Below, one piece after another: positions 53,168 through 62,664 of a DNA stretch of 63,868 nt. Origin of the DNA: Setoptus koraiensis (Eukaryota; Animalia; Arthropoda); assembly GCA_048013815.1 (NCBI GenBank), contig CM106586.1, positions 14,074,001-14,137,868 of the forward strand, written 5' to 3'. The position numbers and the translations under genes are program-made. Under the pieces are notes generated by a model. It was not told the DNA's origin. It did not search any database and saw only the letters and a list, made by a program, of their open reading frames with translations. Within the stretch, counting starts at the first letter, position 1; each line of letters starts with the position of its first letter.

Positions 53168-53218
53168 CGTAAGACAACGTGTGTGCAAACTCGTCGTCGT
53201 CGTTGTTCTTGTATCGGC

Positions 53219-53255
<37 letters not shown>

Positions 53256-53554
53256 GTTGGCGAATGCAAAACGAACACTGACAACGACGCAACAACTCTC
53301 GCTACACTAATGGCGCCAACGACGCCGCGCTCACTGCGACTGCGCACCAACCTTGCATGCGCACAACTAGTCGCAGAGTGTGCGGCCCGCTGCACAAATC
53401 AACTTGTGCGCATGTACCCACCATCCATTTATCTGTGCACTCGCTTGTTGGCCTTTGCAACACTCTTTTTATACACTGTAACACTGTAACACACTGTGCG
53501 AACCACGCAAGCATCTGTGCCAATACCGGCACAGATGCACTTTAACGCCAGCTG

Positions 53555-53564
53555 GCGCCATCTT
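53555..53564. promoter_or_regulatory. YY1/Pho consensus site in the divergent intergenic region
   Basis: GCGCCATCTT (reverse complement AAGATGGCGC) matches the YY1 core AAGATGGCG. Confidence 0.3.
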
Positions 53565-54773
53565 GTCTCCTGTTTTACAAACAATTTATCGGCCGTCGGC
53601 AGCGCCATCGTGTGGCATCGCACACAAGCGATTTGTGCGCGCCAAAATGTTGCAATTTAATTGTGATTTACAACACAAAAGTTGATTAGTGAACACAATT
53701 TAACTTGCCACTAACAATTGTTAAGTTGCCGGCCCCGCCAACAAAAACTGATGATAAGAAAAGCTGATCACTGCTCAAGTTTGCATTAATCAGCTAGTTT
53801 TCTTGAGTCAACACACATCACATTGATCAATTAATTAATTAGTTAAGTAGCGAGTGGCGAGCAGAAAGAGTGTTACTATTAATTGATAAATAATACATAA
53901 TAGTAGTGCCACCAAACAAACTGACGAGTGAAGCGACGACTGAAACAACTGTCGCTGTTGTGATGCGCTCGCCAGCCGCGCTCCGCAATCCATCGTTATC
54001 GCTATTGTTGCTCTACATATAGTTGAGTGGCGAAATGCAATGAAAAGGGAAATGGATGCAACACGGAGCTGCGTGATGACGATGATATGTGTGTAACGTC
54101 ATATCGCCGATCAGTAATATGGTCTCTAGTGCACATATAATGGTATCAGTAGTTGTGAAGTTGTTATCGGCAGCTAGCTCAAACACTAGCTGCCGGCTGC
54201 AACAATAACAACTAGCGCGACATAGCAGCAGCAGCAGCAGCAATACGCTATAGATACGCTTAGCTGGCGGGTATATTGTTGTCAAGATGGGCGACGAGAT
54301 AGACGACGACGACGACTTGTTGATTGTGGTGCGGATAAAGCCGTAGGAGATAGAGACGGCAGCGAGATCGCAAATGGTAGATAGAGAGGAAACAACATGG
54401 CACAGACTTGAACTCTCCATCCATTAATATCCATTTGTTATCCGTCAACGGTGTTTGTTCAATTAACGATTGCTGCAATATTACTATTTGATATCGACTA
54501 TTTGGTATAGGCTGTCTCGGTTGCTAGCTGTGTGGCGATTAATTAATTGTTGCCCACCAAGACTACCCGATTGAAAGCAACCAACGAGCAAACAAACAAC
54601 AGCAACATGGGTGTGCTCACATGAGAACATATGTGCCATGACTAAACCAATGGCTCTAGGTGTTTTCGTGTGCGCGCACGCTGACACAAATTGATTGACT
54701 GTGCGCCAATTAGCAAAGCGAGCGACACAAAGCGAGAGCAAAAGATTAACACCGGCACAGCGAGAGCAAGATT

Positions 54774-54972
54774 GTGAGTGTGACACACACACACACGCAC
54801 ACACACACACTTACACACAATGACTAATAACATTTCTCTATGCTGCCACTATTACTATTGTTATTATTACTATAACTATTACTATTGTTATTACTATTAC
54901 TATCGTTATTACTATTACTATCGTTATTACTATTACTAATGTGCCTCCACTGTAATTAATCTCCATCAACAG
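54774..54972 (+). other. Possible 199-nt intron in the GATA 5' UTR
   Basis: GTGAGT at 54774, (CA)n and (TATTAC)n filler, CTAAT at 54936-54940, then AG-free sequence to CAACAG at 54972. Confidence 0.45.
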
Positions 54973-55300
54973 GCACCGGCATTGGTATTAATTAGTACTA
55001 TTATTATTATTACTATTACTATATCTATATTACTATGCCCATATGATAATTTGCGGCAGCATCAATTCCGAAATTATTACTAGTCTTGTCGCCTCCGCCG
55101 GTGGTCACAAATCAAACATCAACATCAAAACAAAATCAAATCGCCCAGATATCAATTGGAGCAAACAACATTTATACAACAAACTTTTGAGCCAGCAGCT
55201 GGAGCAGTGGTCGCTATCGATAGGCAATAATAACAGTAGCAGCAGCAACAGCAAATCACAATAAGCAGTAAAATAGTCATAATCAATTAAAGCGATCAAC

Positions 55301-55501
55301 ATGAATTCAAGCTCCAATTCCTCGACATCAACTCAGCCGGGATCCGGCAGCGAGGGCCGCGAATGTGTCAATTGTGCCGCCACCCAAACGCCACTATGGA
55401 GACGCGACGGAACTGGACATTATCTATGCAACGCTTGCGGATTGTATCATAAAAACAATGGCTCCAATAGGCCGCTATTGCGTAATCCAAGAAAATTTGC
55501 C
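55301..55501 (+). CDS. GATA transcription factor, coding exon 1 (N-terminal zinc finger)
   Basis: [31 protein letters not shown] is a canonical C-X2-C-X17-C-X2-C GATA finger. The exon ends after GCC at a GTGAGT donor (55502), phase 0. The start codon is the first in-frame ATG after upstream stops. Confidence 0.93.
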
Positions 55502-55757
55502 GTGAGTACACAACATATATCATCATATATATATCAGCCTATATCATATCATATCATACATCATATCGCGTATATGCATTAGCCTATATGCACCGGCCGT
55601 GCGCTTTGAAACGTGACACCTCACTGCATCTCTCAACAAACCACAGCTAACATTATTATTAACATTCTCATCTGTTCTCATATATTCTCATTTTTTCTCA
55701 TATTTGTTTTGTTTTATTTGCAAAATTTATAACATTCATCAATTACAACCAACACAG
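55502..55757 (+). other. 256-nt GATA intron between the two fingers
   Basis: GTGAGT donor, CTAAC branch consensus at 55647-55651, no AG from there to the CAG acceptor at 55755-55757; splicing restores the reading frame. Confidence 0.9.
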
Positions 55758-56804
55758 AATGCACATAGACGAACAGGGATGGTTTGCGTCAATTGCTCGA
55801 CCACTATAACCCCGCTGTGGCGACGAAATCCAAACGGAGACTCTGTTTGTAATGCCTGCGGACTGTATTATAAATTGCATTCGGAAAGCCGTCCAATGGC
55901 CATGAAAAAGGAGACCATTCAGACCCGCAAACGCAAACCGAAAAAGGTTTCAGTCTCAGCTGGCTCCTCGTCTTCGGATTCCTCAAAGTCAGAGCAGCCG
56001 TCCACAACAACACCATCCATTCCAACAAGCGCAACCACTCCAACAACAACAATTAGCACCACCGCCTCCAACAACACCACCAACACTAGCAACACAAGCT
56101 CTGATGAACCTCTTTTGGCTGGTGTTTTATTTCAGGACGATCAGCATCAACTGCATCATCAGCCGATGCAACAACAACACCACCATCATCATCATCATCA
56201 ACAACAGCAGCAGCAGCATCACCAACAACAACAACAACAACAACAACATAATATGCACCATCAGCATCATCATCAGCACCCGCTACAACATCATCATCAG
56301 CACCAGCAGCAGCATCATCATCAACACTTGCAACAGCAACCACAATCGCACCACCTCAACAGTCACCAACACCAGCAACAGCATCAGCACCATCATCAAC
56401 AGCTATCATTCCAACAGCATCAACAAATTCTACAACAAACTCACCTGGTGGTGGATCATACAAATCTTGTAACCAACTCACAACCGGCACAACAACAAAT
56501 GCAAGCTCAATTGCATCATAATCAGCATTCGTCGCCATCTAGCACCCAGCATCAACTCCATCATCAACAGATACACCTGTTGGACACTTGCTCGCAACAG
56601 ATACAACAACATACAGGCGGCCAGTTGCTTCCGGCTCAGTTATACCCGTTGCAGACCCATCAGCAACAACTGCAACATTCACATTTACAGCAACAACAGC
56701 AGCAGCAACAACAATTACTTTATCAGCAACAACATCAGCAACTACTTCATCATCAGTCTGTACAACAACAACCGGAGCCGCAATCGCATGCCACAGTATT
56801 ATAG
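55758..56804 (+). CDS. GATA transcription factor, coding exon 2 (C-terminal finger, basic region, long Q/H-rich tail); GATA4/5/6 class, serpent/pannier-like; joined protein 415 aa
   Basis: The acceptor ACACAG at 55757 gives an in-frame join RNPRKFA|[10 protein letters not shown] with a 30-residue inter-finger linker. Then [32 protein letters not shown] and [11 protein letters not shown]; the TRKRKP ending marks the 4/5/6 class, versus TRNRK in 1/2/3. Stop TAG at 56802-56804. Confidence 0.93.
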   Translation, partial: NAHRRTGMVCVNCSTTITPLWRRNPNGDSVCNACGLYYKLHSESRPMAMKKETIQTRKRKPKKVSVSAGSSSSDSSKSEQPSTTTPSIPTSATTPTTTISTTASNNTTNTSNTSSDEPLLAGVLFQDDQHQLHHQPMQQQHHHHHHHQQQQQQHHQQQQQQQQHNMHHQHHHQHPLQHHHQHQQQHHHQHLQQQPQSHHLNSHQHQQQHQHHHQQLSFQQHQQILQQTHLVVDHTNLVTNSQPAQQQMQAQLHHNQHSSPSSTQHQLHHQQIHLLDTCSQQIQQHTGGQLLPAQLYPLQTHQQQLQHSHLQQQQQQQQQLLYQQQHQQLLHHQSVQQQPEPQSHATVL

Positions 56805-56942
56805 AAACAATAATAATAATGATGATCCATATATGATATACATTTTGCTTGCTGGTTTAGCACCATTTGATATATATATATATATATATATACTTAAACA
56901 TCTAGCGTATGCCAATGCAGAACTCTACTGCACTGCATCTAA

Positions 56943-56997
56943 AATAAATAAAACATAACATAGCGACATGATCATTGATCATCAATAAACAAATAAA
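56943..56997 (+). terminator. Polyadenylation signals of the GATA gene
   Basis: Overlapping AATAAA at 56943 and 56947, and two more at about 56983-56997, 140-190 nt after the stop codon. Confidence 0.6.
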
Positions 56998-57067
56998 ACA
57001 AAACAACAGTCTCTCTAATTTGTCTGACGCTCCAGGTTGCTAGCCAGTTGTTGCGTGGTCGGCAGGT

Positions 57068-57075
57068 TATAAATA
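57068..57075 (+). promoter_or_regulatory. TATA-like box, possible NOS promoter
   Basis: TATAAATA located between the GATA polyA signals and the NOS ORF; position only. Confidence 0.3.
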
Positions 57076-57899
57076 CCGCGCTGAGCATTTGGTGCGTTTA
57101 AAATACAAGTATATATCTATATATATATATAAGCGAGCAACAACAATGGCCACTGTGTGATCTGTGACGTAAAAGAGTTGTTGTGGTGTAAAGGTAATGG
57201 TCGCGTAGTAGACATAATTGCACGGGGGGTATGTTGCGCACATTTGGCACTAATCATCACTAGTCGCTATACAAGATATATTAGAAAATTTTGTTGTTTT
57301 TGCTGTCCAAAGTTCTTGCAAAACTTCTGACTCATTTGTTGACGATTCATAGGTGGCATCGGTGACGACGCCGTATATTTAGCTGTTGCTTCGAAGGACG
57401 ATCACGTAGCGGCGTGATGCTTGTTTGTTGTTTATTTTGGATGTTACAATTGTCATGCTGTTTCGTCTACTACGTAACGTCAGCCGGGCACCACAAACAA
57501 TGGCGAGCCATTTGAGAGCGACGACGATGACGATTGTAGCATCGTGATGGTAAACAACAATTGTTTACGACAATTGTTGACTGCCCAAAGACGAGGCAGA
57601 CGAGCGACAGAATACAGGTGCTCAAAACTGCTATAAAGTCCGGCGATAGATACCATGATCGGGACAGTCCATTCAAGAAGCGCCCAAAAGCGCCAAACAG
57701 TAAACGGCTTGTTCGTGTCGCTGATAGCACAAGCGACATCGGAGAAACACACAATTGGACAGTTAAACAGTGAATTAGTTAGTTAGCAAAATTAGGGGCC
57801 GAAAAATCGCGCCAGAAATAAGCGAGTCAAGCGAGAAGTTGATTTCACAGAACGAAAAGAAAACAAAAAAGTTGTCAAGTGCGTGTGGCTCAAGCAAAG

Positions 57900-60800
57900 A
57901 TGAGAGAGGATTTCAAAAACAAGCTGGAGCCGGTGAGATCGGCGTCGTCGTCGGACACCGAGCTCGACAAAGAGCCGTCGCCGGACATGGAGCTCGACAA
58001 GGAGCGGTGGCCGGACGGACGGGACGACGTTGTTCGCAGCAACGAGCCCGATGTGGCGGACAGCGGCAGTGCAACGGCCACGGTGCACAGCAGCAAGCGG
58101 GCTCGGGTGGGCACCAATCAGCCGATCAAACTGAAGAATTACCTCACCGGGGACCAGTTCACAGATACGCTGCACATGCAGGCCAGCGGCGGTGGCCAGT
58201 GCCGCATTCAAAACTGTTGCACCGGGGCCCTGATGAACCCCGAGAGCGCCTTCGCTGGGCCGGTGTCGCAGAGGTCATTGGTGAAGGCGGACGGTGCTGG
58301 CGGTTTGAAATGCCCAATGTGGGCCGGTTGCGTGAGCGCGGACGCGGGCGCGGACGCCGATGCTGTCGCGGCCGAGCGGGACGACGTTGTTCGCAGCAAC
58401 GAGCAAGTTCTCGAGCAAGCGATCAAGTTTCTCGATCAGTACTACCAGTCCATCAAGAAGCACGGCAGCCGGGCGCACCGGGCGCGCATCGACGAGGTGG
58501 CCGAGCAGATCCGGCTCACCTCCACCTACCATCTTCTCAAGAGCGAGCTGGTGTACGGGGCCAAGCTGGCCTGGCGAAACACGGCCCGTTGCATCGGGCG
58601 CATCCAGTGGAACAAGCTTCAGGTGTTCGATGCGCGCCTCACCACCACGGCCCAAGAGATGTTTGAGGCCATTTGTACGCACATACGTTACGCAACGAAT
58701 AGGGGCCAGTTGCGCTCGGCTATAACGATATTTCCGCGTCGCGTCAAGAGCGTCAAGCACGACTATCGCGTTTGGAACACTCAGCTGATCGGGTATGCCG
58801 GATATGAGGTGCAGGACGACGACGACGACAACAACAACAACAAAAAGATACTGGGCGACCCGGCCAATGTGGAGTTTACGCAGATTTGCGAGCGGTTGGG
58901 CTGGCGCGGCGCCCGTACCCGCTTCGACGTGCTCCCGTTGGTGCTGTCGGCCAGCGGCGGCCTGCCCCAGCTGTTCGAGTTGCCCGACGAGCTGGTGTTG
59001 CGGGTACAGTTGCGTCACCCGCACTACGACTGGTTCAACGAGTTGCAACTGGAGTGGTACGCGCTGCCCGCCGTCAGCAACATGATGCTGGACGTGGGCG
59101 GCCTCCAGTTTCCGGCCGCGCCCTTCAACGGCTGGTACATGGGCACCGAAATAGGTACGCGCGATTTGTGCGACGCGCAACGCTACAACATCTTGTCCGA
59201 GGTGGCCGCGCTGATGCAACTCAACAGCCAGTCCAACGTCAGTCTGTGGAAGGACAGGGCCCTCGTTGAGGTGAACAGCGCCGTTTTGTATAGCTTTCAG
59301 CAAGCCAATGTGACCATCGTTGACCATCACACCGCTAGCGAGTCATTTATGGCGCATATGCGCAACGAGCAAAAATTGCGCGGCGGTTGCCCCGCGGACT
59401 GGGTGTGGATAGTGCCGCCCACGGGCGCGTCCACAACGGAAGTGTTTCATCAGGAAATGATCAATTATCACCTGTTGCCCAATTATGAGGCGCAAGCGCC
59501 CGCCTGGCGCACGTTCGACTGGACGGGCGCGCTGGCGGGCGCCAGCGATGCCGAGCCGCACGACCTACAGGCGGGCTCCATGGACCTGTTGGCGCTGGCG
59601 GGCGCCTATAGGCGGCCGGGCGGCACAAATTTGCGCAAATACCGGCTCAGAGAGACGGCGCTGGCCGTATCATTCAGCTGCCGTCTGTACAAGCGCATAA
59701 TGGCGCGCAGAACAAAATGCTCCATAGTGTTCGCAACGGAAACGGGCAAATCGGAGCGGTACGCGCAAAAGTTGAGCCAACTGTTTGGCAAGACGTTCAA
59801 CGTGCAACTGCAGCCAATGGACGAGTGGTGCTGGCGCACGCCCACGCAATTGCTGCTGGTGGTCGCGAGCACGTTCGGCAACGGCGAGCCGCCCGAGAAC
59901 GGCGAGGCGTTTGCGCGCTCGCTCAAGGCGCTCGTACGGAGCAAGGCTGCGCAGCCCGCCCCAATAACCTCGACCGCGACAACCGCGCACCCTGACCCGC
60001 GCGAGCTCGACGAGCGGCGCGATGACGCCAAGAGTGAGGACGCCATGAGCGAGGACGCGGCCGACTCGGTCATTGGCGACGACGACGACGACGCTGACGC
60101 TGATTACGACGGCGACAAACAGCCCGAGCTGACCGCCTTGGAAAATACCCGCTACTCTGTGTTCGCGCTCGGCTCCACCGCCTACCCGAACTTCTGCGCC
60201 TTCGGCAGGGGCGTGGACGCGTGGCTCGAGCAGGCGGGCGCCAGCAAGATGCTCGCGTGCGAGTGCGGCGACGAAATGAGCGGCCAAGAGAACAAGTTCG
60301 ACCAGTGGGCCCGACGGGTGTACAAGAGCGCCTGTGACACGTTCGAGGTGGCCTGCGACACGGGCGACTGGCTCCACACGACAGAGGAGAGACAGTGGAG
60401 CCCCGCGGACGTCAAATTCATACCGCTGGCCGGCACCGCACCGGCATCGGTGCACAGCCGGCCCGACAGGGAGGCGGCCCGTCTGCGGGACCTGATCAAC
60501 CTGACAAACAACAAGAGAATAGGCACGTTCACGCTGACGAATCGCGTCGAGTGTTCGCAGGACCAACGAACCATAAGCGTTCAATTGGCTTGCAGCGGCG
60601 GCGACAAAACGCATTTGTACGAGCCGGGCGATCACGTGGCCGTGTACCCGGTCAACAGCAGGCCGCTGGTGGAGGCCATTTTGGACAGAATGAGGCGCGA
60701 CGACAAACAAATGGACCCCGATCAGGTGTTCAAGATACTGGTGCGGCGCAACGAGGCCGGGCCGGTTGAGGCGGGCAAATTGTCGTCGGGCCGCTCGGTC

Positions 60801-62015
60801 ATAGACGAAATTGTGGGTGCGCATCAGGGGCGCGGAAAGCACAGTATCATCAGTGGCACAAGTGGTTACAATTCGGAACAGGGAAACTTCTACAGGGACA
60901 GCGCATTCTCTGACAGTGGCTCCGTGATGGGAGCGGACAACGCCAGCGTCATAACCAGCGCCACCGATCACACGGACACCACAAATCAATCCGGGTCGCA
61001 TACAAGCAACAGCGCCACCTGGGCCCCCCATGACACCCTGCCTAGCACGTCGCTGCGAGAGGCCCTGCGCCGCTATCTGGACATCAGCAGCGCGCCCAGT
61101 GCGCCATTTCTGGCCATACTGAGCCAGTTTGCGGGCAGCGCCAAAGACAAGAAGAAACTGCTGAAATTGGCCTCGCAATCGCACCTATACGAACAATGGA
61201 AACTCAACAACTGTCCGAACCTGTTGCACGTGCTCGACGAGTTCAAATCGATCAAATTCAAGGCGACACTGCTCACACAATTGCCCCTCATTCAGGCCAG
61301 ATTTTACTCGATTTCTAGCTCGCCAGCACGTGCCAGCACGAGCGGCCATGACAAGCATGAAATAACGCTCACGGTGGGCCTAGTTCAATACAGCACCAAC
61401 TCGGGTCACTCACGACAGGGCCTGTGCTCCAACTATCTCAACGAGCTGCCATTGGGCGAAACGGTGTACGGTTACGTCAGATCGGCCTCGTCGTTCCATT
61501 TGCCCGCCGGCGCGGCACAACCAACAATCACAGCAACTGTGCCCCCCTTGATACTGGTGGCCGCCGGAACCGGATTGGCGCCCTTCAGGTCGTTTTGGGA
61601 ACACAAATCACGGCTGACTGATGGGTCAAATCACATTGGCGATTTGCATTTGTACTTTGGCTGTCGAAATGCACAATCTGTGCTGTATCAGGACGAAATC
61701 AACGCAATGCTCGACAGCAACATAATCAACAGCCTGCACTTGGCGTACAGCAGAAGTGGCTCTAGCGACCACAAGCAATATGTTCAGCATAAATTGGAGC
61801 ACAATAGAGCAACAATATGCAAACAAATACTAGAAATGGGGGCCCATGTATACGTGTGTGGCGACGTGGCCATGGCAGAGGCAGTCTACAAGACTCTCAA
61901 CAATTTATTATCCGGTGACAATCAGAAACACGCCGATCAGCTCGTGGCTTTGCGCGAACAAAACCGCTATCACGAGGACATATTTGGCGCAAAGCCAACG
62001 ATTGTGTCTGATTAG
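57900..62015 (+). CDS. Nos: Nitric oxide synthase, full length (oxygenase, CaM-binding, FMN, FAD, NADPH domains), single ORF, 1371 aa from the first ATG
   Basis: Motifs in order: Zn-site CRIQNC (58200), heme-thiolate AWRNTARCIGRIQW (58569), GWYMGTEIG, DWVWIVPP, VFHQEM, CaM-type helix RLRETALAVSFSCRL, FMN ATETGKS and VFALGSTAYPNFCAFG, FAD YEPGDHVAVYP and RFYSISSSP, NADPH AGTGLAPFRSFW, LYFGCR, VYVCGDVAMA, RYHEDIFG. The ORF track starts at GTG 57879; the first ATG is 57900 (A at -3). The true 5' end is uncertain. Confidence 0.98.
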   Translation: MREDFKNKLEPVRSASSSDTELDKEPSPDMELDKERWPDGRDDVVRSNEPDVADSGSATATVHSSKRARVGTNQPIKLKNYLTGDQFTDTLHMQASGGGQCRIQNCCTGALMNPESAFAGPVSQRSLVKADGAGGLKCPMWAGCVSADAGADADAVAAERDDVVRSNEQVLEQAIKFLDQYYQSIKKHGSRAHRARIDEVAEQIRLTSTYHLLKSELVYGAKLAWRNTARCIGRIQWNKLQVFDARLTTTAQEMFEAICTHIRYATNRGQLRSAITIFPRRVKSVKHDYRVWNTQLIGYAGYEVQDDDDDNNNNKKILGDPANVEFTQICERLGWRGARTRFDVLPLVLSASGGLPQLFELPDELVLRVQLRHPHYDWFNELQLEWYALPAVSNMMLDVGGLQFPAAPFNGWYMGTEIGTRDLCDAQRYNILSEVAALMQLNSQSNVSLWKDRALVEVNSAVLYSFQQANVTIVDHHTASESFMAHMRNEQKLRGGCPADWVWIVPPTGASTTEVFHQEMINYHLLPNYEAQAPAWRTFDWTGALAGASDAEPHDLQAGSMDLLALAGAYRRPGGTNLRKYRLRETALAVSFSCRLYKRIMARRTKCSIVFATETGKSERYAQKLSQLFGKTFNVQLQPMDEWCWRTPTQLLLVVASTFGNGEPPENGEAFARSLKALVRSKAAQPAPITSTATTAHPDPRELDERRDDAKSEDAMSEDAADSVIGDDDDDADADYDGDKQPELTALENTRYSVFALGSTAYPNFCAFGRGVDAWLEQAGASKMLACECGDEMSGQENKFDQWARRVYKSACDTFEVACDTGDWLHTTEERQWSPADVKFIPLAGTAPASVHSRPDREAARLRDLINLTNNKRIGTFTLTNRVECSQDQRTISVQLACSGGDKTHLYEPGDHVAVYPVNSRPLVEAILDRMRRDDKQMDPDQVFKILVRRNEAGPVEAGKLSSGRSVIDEIVGAHQGRGKHSIISGTSGYNSEQGNFYRDSAFSDSGSVMGADNASVITSATDHTDTTNQSGSHTSNSATWAPHDTLPSTSLREALRRYLDISSAPSAPFLAILSQFAGSAKDKKKLLKLASQSHLYEQWKLNNCPNLLHVLDEFKSIKFKATLLTQLPLIQARFYSISSSPARASTSGHDKHEITLTVGLVQYSTNSGHSRQGLCSNYLNELPLGETVYGYVRSASSFHLPAGAAQPTITATVPPLILVAAGTGLAPFRSFWEHKSRLTDGSNHIGDLHLYFGCRNAQSVLYQDEINAMLDSNIINSLHLAYSRSGSSDHKQYVQHKLEHNRATICKQILEMGAHVYVCGDVAMAEAVYKTLNNLLSGDNQKHADQLVALREQNRYHEDIFGAKPTIVSD

Positions 62016-62033
62016 CTGGTTAGCTGATGCCCA

Positions 62034-62061
62034 GAGCGGTCAGTGCTCTAACTGACCGCTC
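62034..62061 (+). other. Perfect 11-bp stem, 6-nt loop hairpin 18 nt after the NOS stop codon
   Basis: GAGCGGTCAGT-GCTCTA-ACTGACCGCTC. Confidence 0.85.
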
Positions 62062-62664
62062 CCAGTTCGAATCATTGTGCCGTATAATTGTTCGATATAA
62101 TCAACATATCATTTCACGAGACCATCCAAGATGGTGAACATTGTAAACATAACGTGCAAACATAAATACATGTAATTAGCGATAATCAGCGAGCCTATTC
62201 GTGACTTTGTGAGACTACATTTTCTCTCTCTCTCTCTCTCTCTCTCTCCCGTGTGGAATCTAGTGACACGACCACTAGTGAAATCAACTTGCAAACAAGC
62301 ATTTGATATCCGCTGAAAGAGGATCGCTCGATTTGCAATAGGCAAATCTGATGTTCGACCCGTTGGCGACGCATCGCTGTAGCTTGATCCAAGTTGAACA
62401 CTTTACTTCACAAACCGACAAACCATCTATCGTTGTTATTGTGTGTGTGGTCTTCCGGCGACCGGGTGAGTAGATTTTTTGTCCGATATTCCGACAAAGA
62501 TCGGGATCATCTCTGCCCAGTGGTTTGCACTCAACTGTTTTTTGTGCTTGTGGTTTCCCCCTAGGTCTTCGTTGTTATACTTGCACCAGCTTTTGATACC
62601 GGTTGGCCAGTGGTACCACGATCTCAAGATATTAGCAAGGCGCATTGGCCACCGGGCAAACATA

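Noticed and set aside
55215-55222. DRE (TATCGATA) as the GATA core promoter
   Set aside because: A single 8-mer that probably lies inside the transcribed 5' UTR if the 54774-54972 intron is real.
52790-55300. GATA autoregulatory site cluster in the divergent promoter
   Set aside because: About 6 WGATAR sites seen versus about 5 expected by chance in 2.5 kb.
56850-56870. TAGCACCATTTGA, matching the first 13 nt of miR-29/miR-285
   Set aside because: The match ends in (AT)n, there is no complementary arm to form a precursor, and it lies in the GATA 3' UTR.
57561-57850. Upstream in-frame ORF joined to NOS by an 81-nt intron (57770-57850)
   Set aside because: The phase is compatible, but the donor (GTGAAT) is weak, there is no branch or pyrimidine tract, and the upstream frame has no ATG. 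The NOS 5' end is left open.
58275-61184. Long antisense ORFs (351 aa, 504 aa) and the shifted-frame ORF at 57839-58666
   Set aside because: Shadow ORFs of the GC3-rich NOS coding sequence.
62013-62027. Stop-codon readthrough restoring the NOS tail
   Set aside because: Readthrough of TAG adds only X-L-V-S before a TGA.
62013-62075. tRNA or SINE-like sequence (TAGCT-GGTTAG, GTTCGAATC)
   Set aside because: The A- and B-box matches are partial and no cloverleaf or acceptor stem can be formed.
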